Source: Eledone cirrhosa
Taxonomy: Eukaryota
NCBI GenBank assembly: GCA_964016885.1
Contig: OZ024745.1
Coordinates: 134,292,001 to 134,356,000, forward strand
Length of the DNA: 64,000 bases
Reading direction: 5' to 3'
The notes under the pieces are model-generated. The model did not search any database, was not told where the DNA came from, and worked only from the letters and a program-made list of their open reading frames with translations. The number at the start of each line of letters is the position of its first letter. Position 1 is the first letter of the stretch. This document shows, one piece after another, positions 1 through 12,545 of this stretch. Position numbers and translations under genes: made by a program.

Positions 1-649
1 CAAATCTAAAATTGTTTTCAATAACGATTTCTAGTTTAGGCACAAGGCCAGCAATTTGGGAGAGGGGAAAGTCAATTAAATGGCTCCCAGTATTTTACTG
101 GTATTTTATTGACCACAGAGGGATGAAAGACAAAGTTGACCGTGGCAGAATTTGAACAGACAACACACAGAACCAAAACATGCTACAAATGATTTTGCCA
201 ATCCATCAATTTTTTTAATAATTGTTTCTGATTTAGATACATGGCAAACGATTTGGGGGAAGGGTAAATTTGATTAAATTGAGCCCAGTGCATTACTGGT
301 ACTTTATTTTATCGACCCTGTAAGGATAAAAGGCAAAACTAACCTCGGTGGGATTTAAACTCAGAACATAAATGCAGTAAAGCATGTTGCTCACTCTACC
401 AATACTGCCCATCTACCACCCTCCCACCATTTTAAACAATGGAAACACTCTTTTATGTTTAAAATTAATGAATTTATTATAATATATTACATTATATATA
501 CTTTCCAACTGATGTTCTGGACATACAAATATTGATTAAATAAAAAAAACAAACAAATGGAACGTCTTTAAAGATAAATAATTCATCAGACAAAAGTTTT
601 GTTTTTATATGACAGTTCCTGATCAACTCAAGAATGAGTTCAGTACCCC

Positions 650-780
650 TCATGTGGCATTGACATTTTGCTTGAAGTTTACAGAATATGAACCAGATTG
701 GGGATCCTTTTGCATTTGAAAATTTTCAGTTGAGAGGCCAAATGGTTTGAGAATCATGTTTCCAAGATCTTTAAGTTTAC
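650..780 (-). CDS. TTC1: TTC1 terminal coding exon
   Basis: Encodes (G)[42 protein letters not shown], matching the conserved TTC1 C-terminus [17 protein letters not shown]. Total CDS 915 nt. Confidence 0.93.
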
Positions 781-2311
781 CTTTAGAAGAATAGAATTTA
801 CAGAAAATAAGGGTCTTGTGTAACAACAATATTACCTCTTAATAACTCATGCAAATATCCTAATTTTCAAAATTATTCTGATTGAAAATAAAATACTCTT
901 TATCTGAAGTCTATTAAGATTATATTTCAGTGATTAACAAGTATTCATAAATATATAAGAAAGGAGTAATCAAGAAATATTATTTACTGCCAGTGGCAGA
1001 GCAGCATGAAGGCAAGCATGACGTTAGGATGGTGTTAAGTATCAGAAGAAAAGATATATAGAAGACGCAGAATTTAAGTCACTAATTAGAGTTTTCTTAG
1101 GGTAAAGACTCCCTTCGGTCACAAATGACCATGCAATTTGCACCTAGAAAATTCCCTTCCGAGGCACAAGTCTAGGCAAATTGGTTTGTGACCCCTCTCC
1201 ATGCCACCAATGTTGTCCAATACAACTTGGCACCAGTGACGTTGCAACCCACTTCTACAACTGGAGCAATGTGAAATAAAGTGTTTTGCTCAAGTGTTTT
1301 GGTTCAGGAATCGAACTCACAACCTCATGAGTGTAAGTTCGAAGTTCTAACCATTAATTTATGCACCTTCACTATAGTTTTCTTACAGGGAAATTTATTA
1401 TATCAAAAGGTGATTTCAAAGGATTCCAACTAAGAACAGACAGTGGCAACTAAATACTGCAAGGTATTTTACTCTAGTGTGCCACAATAGAATACACCTA
1501 GTACACTCTAAAATAACTGCTGTTAGAAATGGTATCCAGTTATAGAAAGCATACCAAAAACACAACATACAAACGAGATGAGGTTTTTTAACCCATCCAG
1601 TCACAAAATGTGACAACTCATTGAACCCATGCCAAAATAGAAAGTGGATGTATGAAGATGAGTTCCTTTTAAGACTATGGTAGCACCTTTTGGATGGAAC
1701 GTGGTTCAATGGTTGAGAAGTTTGCTTCACAATCATATCATAAATACCCAGGTTAGATCCTACTGAACAGTATCTTGAGCATATCTCATTTATCATAACT
1801 TTGGATTAACATAACCAAGCTTTGTGAGTGGAATTGAGTAGATGGAAATTGTTTGGAAGCCAGTCAGCTGGACTAGTCTTGTCACACATGCAATTTTCCT
1901 GAGAATTACATTAAAGATATAAATGTCCATGGAATGCTCAACTAAGTGTATGTTAATTTCATGAGCAGGCTATTGTCAAACAACTGGAAGACACAATGTC
2001 AAAACTGACAGAGAAACACTGCAGTTCCTTTCTGGACAATATATCCAACACAGTTCCTTTCTTGACAATATGTCCAGCACAGTTCCTTTCTTGGTGATGT
2101 GACATTCCTCATTCCTTCTTTTTATAGACTAATTTAAAATAGCTGCAGATTTGTTTCTAACAAAGACACACATGTAATGAGATACCAGATGTAACCAATT
2201 ACTACTGGTATTTAATCAACAATATAGTATTCAAACTTAGCACGAAACACTACTTGCATTTTGGGTTACAACCTTCAAATACAAAATAAATCAAGAAATA
2301 TCTTTACATAC

Positions 2312-2366
2312 CCATCATTTCTGCTTTTAACTTTTCATTTCGTTCCTCTATTTGTCCTGGAAGTCT
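2312..2366 (-). CDS. TTC1: TTC1 coding exon 4
   Basis: 55 nt encoding RLPGQIEERNEKLKAEMM-G; gtag acceptor, GTATGT donor; phase 1 matches the next exon. Confidence 0.92.
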
Positions 2367-2454
2367 CTACATTTAAAAAACATTAAAATTTAATAGCATT
2401 TTTATGCATGCACACACATGCATATTATAATTTATACTCATGGCAAATTCAACT

Positions 2455-2737
2455 CGACTATATGCCACTACTATATACCACTATACCACTACTATATGCC
2501 ACTACAGTATACCACTACTATATGCCACTACTATATACCACTACTATATGCCACTACTATATGCCACTACTATATACCACCACTATATGCCACCACTATA
2601 TGCCACTACCATATACCACTACTATATGCCACTACTATATAACACTACTATATGCCACCACTATATGCCACCACTATACCACTACTATATGCCACCACTA
2701 TATGCCACCACTATACCACCACTATATGCCACTACTA
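2455..2737. repeat. ~13-bp low-complexity tandem repeat
   Basis: (ccactactatatg)n variants. Confidence 0.92.
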
Positions 2738-3629
2738 TTTTACTCAATGTTAATAAGATGAAGCTGCAGAATTACATGGTCGTATTAGGCCAGCAAATTG
2801 TTGTTTACCTGAAAGACACTCCACAAACGACTGTCTTGGGGACAGAGTCCTCAAACACAGCAAGATGGTTGAGTAACATCCATGAGCTCTTCTAGACGGA
2901 CTCACTTGGGGATCCAGCTGGATTAGTTGGGAATGGTTGCTTCTAACAGGACTTGCTGGAAGGAGTGTTTGAGGACTCTGCCTCCACGACCCTCTCAGGA
3001 ATAAGTGGGTGAAGAACACTGATTTTGGTATAACGGAAAGGAGATAACTCGAAGAAACATAAGTAACATTTTCAGCTAAGTTTGCTGAAGCAACATAAAA
3101 TGGAGTGCCCTGCTCAAGGACATCACATGCAGCCTAGTTTTGAATTGAACCCATGACATTATAACAGTGAGACAAAACATCCTAATCACTCCACACTCAA
3201 AAATTGATTGCATACTCTTGGGTTTCGAATAATTGTCCCCTTTTAATAATTTTTCAGAATTTTTCGACCACCCCACCCCACCCCCATACACACTCTTCTA
3301 ATCTATCTCCAGTGAAATTTTAAGTGGTAGCATTCCTCTGACAATTTGCTTTATACATTAAGATACATTATTTATAACAAAAAAAGAACATTACAAGAAA
3401 TCCCATACCTTATAAAATACGATGGGTTGGAGTCTCAATATGTAAACTAAACAACTAATTCTGGTTTTTAAAAAGTCAAGGGAGACAACTTAGAAAAATT
3501 ATCGTTTTTCCAACCACCACCCCCCACCACCCCGGCCGGTCTGGTCTCAAAATGTGACAATCCATCTAATTCAAGCAAGCATGAAAAACAGACATTAAAA
3601 CAGTGATGATATTAACAGTAACCACTTAC

Positions 3630-3815
3630 TAAACATGCTGCACCAGCACTATGCTGAGATGGATCCATTTCAACAATCTTTTTGTAATCCTGAAGGGCAT
3701 CTTCAAGCTTGTCTTCTTTCTCGTATAATTCTGCACGTCGAAACAAAGCCTTTAAGTAACTGGGGTTCAATTCTAATGCTGAACAGGAATCTTCAATTGC
3801 TTTTTTATTTTTTTG
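3630..3815 (-). CDS. TTC1: TTC1 coding exon 3 (TPR2-3)
   Basis: cccag acceptor, GTAAGT donor; 186 nt encoding QKNKKAIEDSCSALELNPSYLKALFRRAELYEKEDKLEDALQDYKKIVEMDPSQHSAGAACL. Confidence 0.93.
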
Positions 3816-4004
3816 CTGGGAAATACAAAAATGAACTTGAGACAGAAATAGCTACAACAGCTCCTACAGCCGGGAAAGCTGGGAACATTTGTTTCCATAT
3901 TCACTATTTTTAATATGTTAATAGCAAATCTTATTCAAGACAACCAATATACTCTCTCCTTAAATCATTCTTGACAACCTAGATCCAGCTGCTACGAGTC
4001 CATC

Positions 4005-4346
4005 GTGATGGGACCCTTGCTATAACCTACTACCACTACACTATGATAGGGACTCTTAGTACACCTAACTACAACTATACTATGATAGGGACCCTTACTA
4101 TACCCTACTACCACTACACTATGATAGGAACCCTTGCTATACCCTACTACCACTACACTATGATAGGAACCCTTGCTATACCCAACTACCACTACACTAT
4201 GATAGGGACCCTTGCTATACCCTACTACCACTACACTATGATAGGGACTCTTGCTATACCCAACTACCACTACACTATGATAGGGACCCTTGCTATACCC
4301 TACTACCACTACACTATAATAGGAACCCTTGCTATACCCTACTACC
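4005..4346. repeat. 39-bp minisatellite, ~8.5 copies
   Basis: Unit atgatagggacccttgctataccctactaccactacact. Confidence 0.95.
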
Positions 4347-6222
4347 GTTAACCTACCCTTGGTAACTTAGATCTCTCTTCAACTTACATAGAAATAGTTT
4401 CTCTCAGCTGCCTCAAATTGCCTCTTTAATCTCTCTGCCTCATCTTACATGAAGGAAGGGATAACGTGTGCGTGTGCAAACTCGCTAAACTGTAATCCTC
4501 CACACACACACACACACACACATATCATGGAGACAACCTTTATGCCCTACCAATGTAAATCCTCTTGGTAGCAAAACCCTTTTCTCTTTACATTATAATG
4601 TAGTGAAGGTAACCCATCCCAGGGGGGGGGGGGGGTAGTAAAACAAACATGAAGCTTTTTATGGTCAATTTACTTTGGTAAAGCAGAAACTAACCTTGCA
4701 GACCCCATGACAGGCTTAATCTTACTCATCAAGAGGGCCGTTTCTGAGGCAATGTTTTATGATCAAATGCCCTTCTTGTAACATACCCTTTTAGTTTCCT
4801 GTCAGGTACTACCATATCTACAGAGATATGGTAGTACCTATTCTAACCCAGTTACACACAATAATGGGATGGCAGTAACTGAGAATGAATACAATGTAGA
4901 AGTAAATACTGGCAGTTGACCAACCTAGTGCCAGTGGCACAATACACTTAGTCTACGTTGTAGAATGGTTGGTGTTAGGAAGAACATTGAATTGTTTAAA
5001 ACAATAAAAAAAGACACAAAATTCACAAAATCAATGAAAACTGCATCAGCAGGACTATCACCATGTTAGTTGCACATGTGGTAGTGGTGTAACTAGGTAT
5101 GTGCACCCCCTTGTCAACACATGTAATAGTGGTGTAACTAGGTATGTGCACCCCCTTGTCAACACATGATTCCACCAATTCTCTTCCTTCAGGTAGATAT
5201 TATGTAGTATCTACACCAATACCAGAAGAAACTTTCCTCTTCCCTTCATGTGCAAAATATTTAGGCTGACACAACATCGTTATGGTGAAATGGGAGTCTG
5301 GAGACTTTAAAAATGTCAGAGCAAAGACTGGGGAGGTGCATGGCCTAGTGGTAAGGGTGGACTTACAATCATAATGTTGTGGGTTCGATTCCTAGGTTGT
5401 GTTGAGCAAAACATTTCATCCCACATTGCTCCAATATACTCAGTTGAAAATGAGTAACAGCAACAGCTGGGGGTTTAATTCTGCAATGAACTAGCGCCCA
5501 GGGTGGAGTTTTGTACTCTAGGTCACTTCATACCAATGAAACTGGAATAAGCACTGACCTCCAGGCTTGTAACAAACTTTAGAGCAGAGGCAGATGTGTA
5601 TAAGAGAGAAGATGAAGGAGGGTCTCAACCAAATTCATAATGGGCAAGAAACACTAGCACAAATTCTTCTGGGTGGGTAACAGCATAGAAGTGAAGTAAG
5701 GATATTGTTGAAAGAGAAAGAGATACAGTAACTGCTGGATAATTTCTATAAACTTCTAGAGTAGTTCAATAACAGAGTGACCTGATTATCACAACTGGTG
5801 ACTTTATGGACATACTTGGCAAAACCAAAGCAAATCTTTCTCATGTACATGGAGTCTATGACTATAATACAAGGAATGAAGAGAGATAAGTGCTCTCAGA
5901 GTTCTGTGATACAAATGATGCAATATAAAAATGGGATGGGATACAACATTCCTCAAAGTACACAATTACAAAGCTTTTATATTTTTAGGCTATAATACAA
6001 GAGAACTGATGACCTGATTCTCATAGATTCTGTAAAAGAGTTGCAGAAAAAATTTCAAAACAGAGAACACAAAAAATCCAGTGCTATTTGAGAAGTTGCC
6101 AGGAAAGGATAGGAACTCAATGGCAGGAGTTGCAACAGTAGAGAAAGAGGTGGAAAAGTCCAAGGAGCTTTTTCCTATGTTGACAACAAAAGACAAAAGA
6201 TTAATCTCTTAGTGGAAAAGGT

Positions 6223-6375
6223 AGACTGTATGAGACGTGTAAAAAATGGAAGACTGTATGAGACGTTTAAAAAATGGAAGACTGTATGAGACGTTTAAAA
6301 AATGGAAGATTGTATGAGACGTTTAAAAAATGGAAGACTGTATGAGACGTTTAAAAAATGGAAGACTGTATGAGA
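6223..6375. repeat. 28-bp tandem repeat, ~5 copies
   Basis: Unit gactgtatgagacgtttaaaaaatggaa. Confidence 0.9.
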
Positions 6376-6884
6376 AGACGAAGAGAAATAAAGCAAGCAT
6401 AATCTGTTGTAAAATTACATGAGATCACACAGCAACTGAGTGAAAAGTCAGGATGAAAGACATCAGATGATGTGTGCATGAGAGACAAGAACATTGCTAT
6501 CAACATATGAAGGAAATAGAAACCAAAGAAGAGAAATGAGGTCAAATTTGGGACTCAAATATGAAATGACAAAACACCAAAAGTATTAGTGATATACTGT
6601 ACAGCAGAATTATGCTAACTCATGTCAAATGTTAAACTATTCACAATAATGACTGTAGCGATTTGGAATCCACTTGTACTAAATTCCTGGCAAAAAGTAA
6701 CATCTGCTGATTTTCTTCAAAGCTTCTGCAAACAACATTCAGACTATATAAAGAAATTTTCTACCAAAATAAGATCCTACAAGTGAGAGATGTCAATTGT
6801 GTTGATAAATCATATATTTTTATGCAAGGTAAAAACTTTAATACCTAGTCAAAATTAAGACAAGAAAAATGTTCATTTTCTTAC

Positions 6885-7058
6885 CATTCTCATATATCCA
6901 GCTGCTCTATTGGAATACATAATAGCTCTATCTTTGGAAAATGCTAATGGACAAGTTTGAAGGGCTTTGGAGTAAAGTTTCACAGCTTCTTGAAAGTTGC
7001 TATCTTTGAATTCTTGATTACCTTTCTCTTTAAATTGTTGTGCACATTCCTGGCGTTC
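6885..7058 (-). CDS. TTC1: TTC1 coding exon 2 (TPR1-2)
   Basis: AG acceptor and GTAAG donor; 174 nt encoding ERQECAQQFKEKGNQEFKDSNFQEAVKLYSKALQTCPLAFSKDRAIMYSNRAAGYMRM, with TPR clamp motifs KEKGN and YSNRAA. Confidence 0.93.
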
Positions 7059-7299
7059 CTATCACAGAAAATCAATATCCAATTGATTAATAAAATAGCA
7101 ATAACCAATTCACAAGCATTAAAATATACTATATCATCATATTATTGTTCTTAGTAACTAAAAAGAACAGATATTAACTGAATACAAAATGTAGAGTCAA
7201 ATATTTCTCTACTTCCTTCCACATTCATCACCATCACTCTTCTCTCTTAGTCATCCTTCAACACATGACCGAACCATCTCATACCATTCCTTTTCACAA

Positions 7300-7930
7300 C
7301 ATTCAGCACTGGTTCTATTCACATCATCCTCTGATGAAGTGGTGTGCCCCCAGGGAACTCTCTTGGAGCCACTATTGTTTGTAATGGCTCTCTCAGACAT
7401 GCGCTATGCAGTTTGATACCGTAAAATTTCAAGCCCTCCGCTATCAACCCACAAACACATGGCCACTACAACAAAACTATGCTGGACCACGAGAAATCAA
7501 AATCAATACAAGACCAGGTATTAGCATGAGCAATGATGTATCCTTTCATGCACACATCAGTAATGTGCTGGCAACTGGCTGATTGGGTTCTGAGATCAAG
7601 AGATCAGGAAACCTTGTTGGTCACTGAAGGACATTTGTCCTCAGCTGACTGGACTTTTACCCCCAGCTGTTGTTGCCCCACGGTGTCAAACTAACCACAG
7701 AACTTGAAGCAATCCAACAAAGCTACACCAAGAAGATTGCCTCAATGAAGGAGATGAGCAACTAGGAGAGAGTGAAAGAACTAAAGCTCTACTCTCTGTA
7801 TTGAAGATGGGAGAGATATGCAGTAATGTACATATGAAAGATTTTGAAAGGACTACCACTAAACTTTGCATTGAGAGCTGGAGCAACCCTTGAACAGGAC
7901 ACCACTATGTGGTGCCAAAGGCCCCAAGCT
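7300..7930 (+). mobile_element. Degenerate CR1/Jockey-like RT fragment
   Basis: Frameshifted GVPQGTLLEPLLFVMALSDM and LEAIQQSYTKKI remnants. Confidence 0.6.
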
Positions 7931-8465
7931 CTTTATTAAGCTAACAAAAAGCCTGAGATCTGCTTGGTTAAAAACATAGTATACACACAGAATTGAATAT
8001 CCATTCTTCTTTTAAAATATTTCTATTTTTCAATTGTTATTTTCACTGTATGACAATCTGGGGTGTGGGTAGGGATGCAAGATAATTGTAGGTGTCTATT
8101 GAAAAATATATTTAAATAAGTGTTCTTTGGTTGTGAACCACTGGTATGACTACAATAGCTCAAAGGAATTTCAACGATCTACACCTGTAAAATATTTCTT
8201 ATTAAAGTAATAACAGTGTTTCCAACATACAAACATGTACAAACTTTGTGTATTGTACTGACTAGTAAATGGATTGAGATATTCATATCATTACCATCGT
8301 TTTTACGTCTGCTTTTCCACGCTAGCGTGGAAAAAAACAATGATGATGATATCATCATCATCATCGTTTAACGTCTATCTTTGATGCTAGCATGGGTTAG
8401 ACGGGAATTGTCCCATTTGAGGCAATATTGGTCGGGTGACCATGTCTCGCTTGTATACAGATATA

Positions 8466-8522
<57 letters not shown>

Positions 8523-8860
8523 CGGAGTCGGTAGACCCAGAAAATAATAAATTCCGACCTTGCACACTTGCACCTCTCTAAGACAATGTCACTGGATCAA
8601 GACCTTTGGCGCCCTGCAGTAATACAGAAGACCCGCCTTCCCTACGTGCAAAGTTAACCTACAGTCAGTAGGCCCCTCCAAACCAAATATACACCCCAAC
8701 CCACTACCCCTACTCCATCCTTCCACTCCTGCCAACACCACCCTTTCTCTATAAAGTTATGTTGGTACCACAACATCCAGTCCAAACTAATGAAGTTGTG
8801 TAGGTGTCACAACAAACAAAAACACACACTAACACATTATATACACACACACTAACACAT

Positions 8861-8896
<36 letters not shown>

Positions 8897-9048
8897 TATA
8901 TATATATATTACGCAAGTTTCCTATGTCCACCACAAATGATTTAGGGTTAGCACAAAAATAACATATGGCAAAGTGTATAAAACTAAAAAGGTAACATGC
9001 ATACACTTACTCATCTTCTCACATATAATAAATAACATTACACTTTAC

Positions 9049-9417
9049 CTTCTTTTCTTCCTCTGATAATGTTTCCTCCATTTGCTTTAATAGTTCCTCA
9101 TCAACCTCACCTTCATCAGCAGAATGATATTCATCATCTGTACTTGGTGCAGTTGCACCCTCTGTCGCCTTGTGAATCTGTTCATCAGTGTCCTCAAAGT
9201 TTGCGCCACTGTCATCTTCACTATCTGAGTAGCATGTCTCCTTTACAGGATCCGACTTCTCTTCTTTTTTGCCCTCTAACACACAGCTGCAGTGTTGGTG
9301 GGCAGAACTGTGCTCATCACTGTTGTTGCAATGATGGCAGCTTACTGCATCTTGGTCAACTTCCAGAGACAAAGAAGAAAGTTTGCTTTCTTCGTTTGTT
9401 AAACAATCATCTGCCAT
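9049..9417 (-). CDS. TTC1: TTC1 coding exon 1 (acidic N-terminus, MADDCL...EETLSEEEKK)
   Basis: ATG at 9417, 369 nt, GT donor at 9048 (phase 0). Acidic N-terminus ending EEEKK as in the TTC1 family; joins in frame to the TPR exons. Confidence 0.88.
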
Positions 9418-9692
9418 TATTGAACTCCAAGACACAGACCTTACCCCGATTATTTAGATATGTTTATGTATATGTACATAGACATATATATATGGAAATA
9501 TCTTTTACAATATTCTAAATTGTAAGTCCAAAATCATTCTGGAAAAAAGTGCAGAAAATAAAATACATAATAGTGAGAAGGCTTTGAATTGAGAGGATGT
9601 GTGAAAGCTGGAAAGAAATGAAGCAGCAAGCTCTAATGCAGGACTCCCTAACCTGTCTAGGGCCGCTCTCAGAACAACATAAGAATTATGCA

Positions 9693-10130
9693 GCAGATTG
9701 CATGTAGCCAGCAACTGCATGACAGATTGCATGTAGCAAGGAACTGCATGACAGATTGCATGGAGCCAGCAACTGCATGACAGATTGCATGGAGCAAGGA
9801 ACTGCATGACAGATTGCATGGAGCAAGGAACTGCATGACAGATTGCATGTAGCCAGGAACTGCATGACAGATTGCATGGAGCCAGCAACTGCATGACAGA
9901 TTGCATGTAGCCAGCAACTGCATGACAGATTGCATGGAGCCAGCAACTGCATGACAGATTGCATGGAGCCAGCAACTGCATGACAGATTGCATGTAGCCA
10001 GCAACTGCATGACAGATTGCATGTAGCCAGCAACTGCATGACAGATTGCATGTAGCCAGCAACTGCATGACAGATTGCATGTAGCCAGCAACTGCATGAC
10101 AGATTGCATGTAGCCAGCAACTGCATGACA
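9693..10130. repeat. 29-bp minisatellite, ~15 copies
   Basis: Unit cagattgcatgtagccagcaactgcatga. Confidence 0.95.
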
Positions 10131-11429
10131 ACATTTTTTGCTATGTTTCAAATATTTGCACCAATTTTATAAAAATTCAAACTACTTTGCAAAGTAGTAG
10201 GAGTAGTAATAATCTATATTATAAAAGGAAACCTGTCTCTCTGTCCATCACATTTCATATGTATATATATGTGTGGTATTCTGTATGTATGTATGTATGG
10301 AAAAAAATTCAATATATAGGCAACGCCAACTTCAAAAAAAGACAAAAAAACGTGTGTGAGTGCCTTTCTCTATGTCCTTCAACATATAGATAACATGACA
10401 GACTTCAAAAGACTTTCTCGGGGTAAAAACGTGTGTCTAACGAGTTTTGATTGAAAACTCAGCAATTTTAAGTGCAAGTCTTCAATAGTATGGATAATTC
10501 TAGTAAGTGGCCCTCATCTAAATTTCATGCAAAAAGGTTGGGGACCTCTGCTCTAATGGATATGTAAGTGTGCATGAATGACAAGGCACAGATGAGTTAA
10601 GACAAAAACTAGTTATAAGAAGAATCAAAGATAGTGTATAAGAGAGAAAGCTGAGCATGTAATGTTGATAATTGATTAAAGATGTGTCAGGAGAGTCAAA
10701 TAAAAGGAAGCTGTGGATGAGGAAGACCAAGAAAGATGTAGGTAGAGGTGGTGATAACTGATCACAGAATATTGAACCTCACAAAGGAGTGTGACAAGTG
10801 GTGAGATGCAGTGGCAGAGAGAACCCAACCAACCCATGCAAACATGGAAAAGTGATTGCAAAAGTGATGATGAGTTATTTCCTAGACTGATGTAACTTAC
10901 TGATTAGACTAAATGTGAAGTCATAGACTTAGATATTTTTTTTAAATACGGTATACTGATGAGCTGAATTTTGTCATTCCTACATTAAGGTAAACTCATA
11001 AATATTATAAAGAAAATACATGGGAGTGAAAGAATTTACAGCAATCCTTAAAAAATACTGGTTATTATTTAACCTTAGGTCAGTGCTGGCTCGACAAATC
11101 TCTGATGAAAGGTGTTAAAGTAGTGACCATCTAATAGTTTAGGTGTTGTGTATATCAAAAGAGATGATGCAATGAAACCATCTTTTAAGATAATAGGATG
11201 ATTTGAGAGAGATTGAGATGCTAGAAAATCAGGCAACCACATAGATGCTCCATTGTAAGCTCAATAAATATTGAAAAGCAGAGTTCATTTTTAAGCACTG
11301 GGTTGTTCAACATTACTGCAAACATGATCTTTATGGAGTACTTTTAGATCAAGTTAATGTGTGGGTGTCTGTGTGTGTGCATGAGCATGTATACATTACT
11401 GAAAATGTTAAAATGCAACTGATTAAGGA

Positions 11430-12545
11430 CAGAGCTTAACTAGATGAGAGACAGTTCAGCTTTATGCCAAGTAGGGGTATTGCTGGTACCTTCTTCCTTG
11501 CGAGACAACTGCAAGTACTTAGTTAAGAGTAAACCTTCGTACATAGCATTTATTAATCTGGAGAAGGCCTCTGCTAGGGTTCCCTTCCCGGTAGGATGGT
11601 AGGTGTTGACAAATGGCTTGTGGGGACTATACAAGTCATATACAGAGGAGTAACTAGCAAGATGAAAGTTGGCTATGAGTACAATGATAAATTTGGAGTA
11701 TAAGGGAAGTCCACCAGGGTTCAGTCCTCAGTCCATTTTTGTTTATCATTGTCCTTCAGGCCATAACTGAGGAGCTTAAGATTGACTGACTATGGGAACT
11801 CCTCTATGTTGATGGCAAAGTCCTTATATTTGAATTTATAGAAATGTTAGAGATGAAATTAAGGTCATGGAAACAAAACTTAAAATCAAAAAGGCTAACT
11901 TAAATAAAATCTTAATAAGTAGGAAAGAAGACAAGATTCTGGTACCATCAAAGCTTTGTTTGATATGCCAAAAAGGGCTAGGCAGAAAAGGATACAAATA
12001 ATAGGGGGAGTTGGAAAATTGTTAATTTTTCTAAGTTGTTTCTCATTTTTTTTAAAAACCAGAATTAGTCATTTAGTTTACATATTGAAACCCCAACCCA
12101 TCTTATTTATTTTATAATATATGATTTCTTGTAATGTACTTTTTTTATCATATATAATGTTTTTGAATGTCTAAAGAAAATTAATTTTCGCACGAATGCT
12201 AGCACTTAAAATAAAATTTTGCCGGAGATAGATTAGCAAAACTTAATAAGCGAGGGGGGCGATTATTGGGGACCTGAAAATACTCAGTATAAACTATGAA
12301 TGCACAAGAAATATAGTGGGGTTTAGACTGTGTGTGTAGCAGATGTACAGAAGAAATAAGGTGGAAGAGCAGACATGAGATTCCATTAATTGCCCAAATG
12401 GCTCCCTAGAAGTTGTTGACAGTTTTTCCTACCTATCTAGAGAGGGGAAGAATGTCCCCAACATGTATTAATGGGCTTGAAGAAATTTAGGGAGCTAGTA
12501 CCTCTGTTGATAAAAAGCTTCTCTCCGAAATTGAAGGATAGATCT
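11430..12545 (+). mobile_element. Degenerate RTE fragments interrupted by a MITE
   Basis: Remnants of RQLQ.KYL, LEKA, VHQGSVLSP and KKFRELVPLL; MITE-like insert at about 12000-12290. Confidence 0.7.

Noticed and set aside
2408-4351. Tyr/Thr/His-rich and Val-rich repetitive ORFs
   Set aside because: They arise from 13-bp and 39-bp tandem repeats within TTC1 introns.
9693-10130. Dense TGCATG (RBFOX-site) array, and Cys-rich ORFs 9505-10151
   Set aside because: TGCATG lies on the plus strand, antisense to TTC1; the ORFs are open in all three frames because the 29-bp unit lacks stops.
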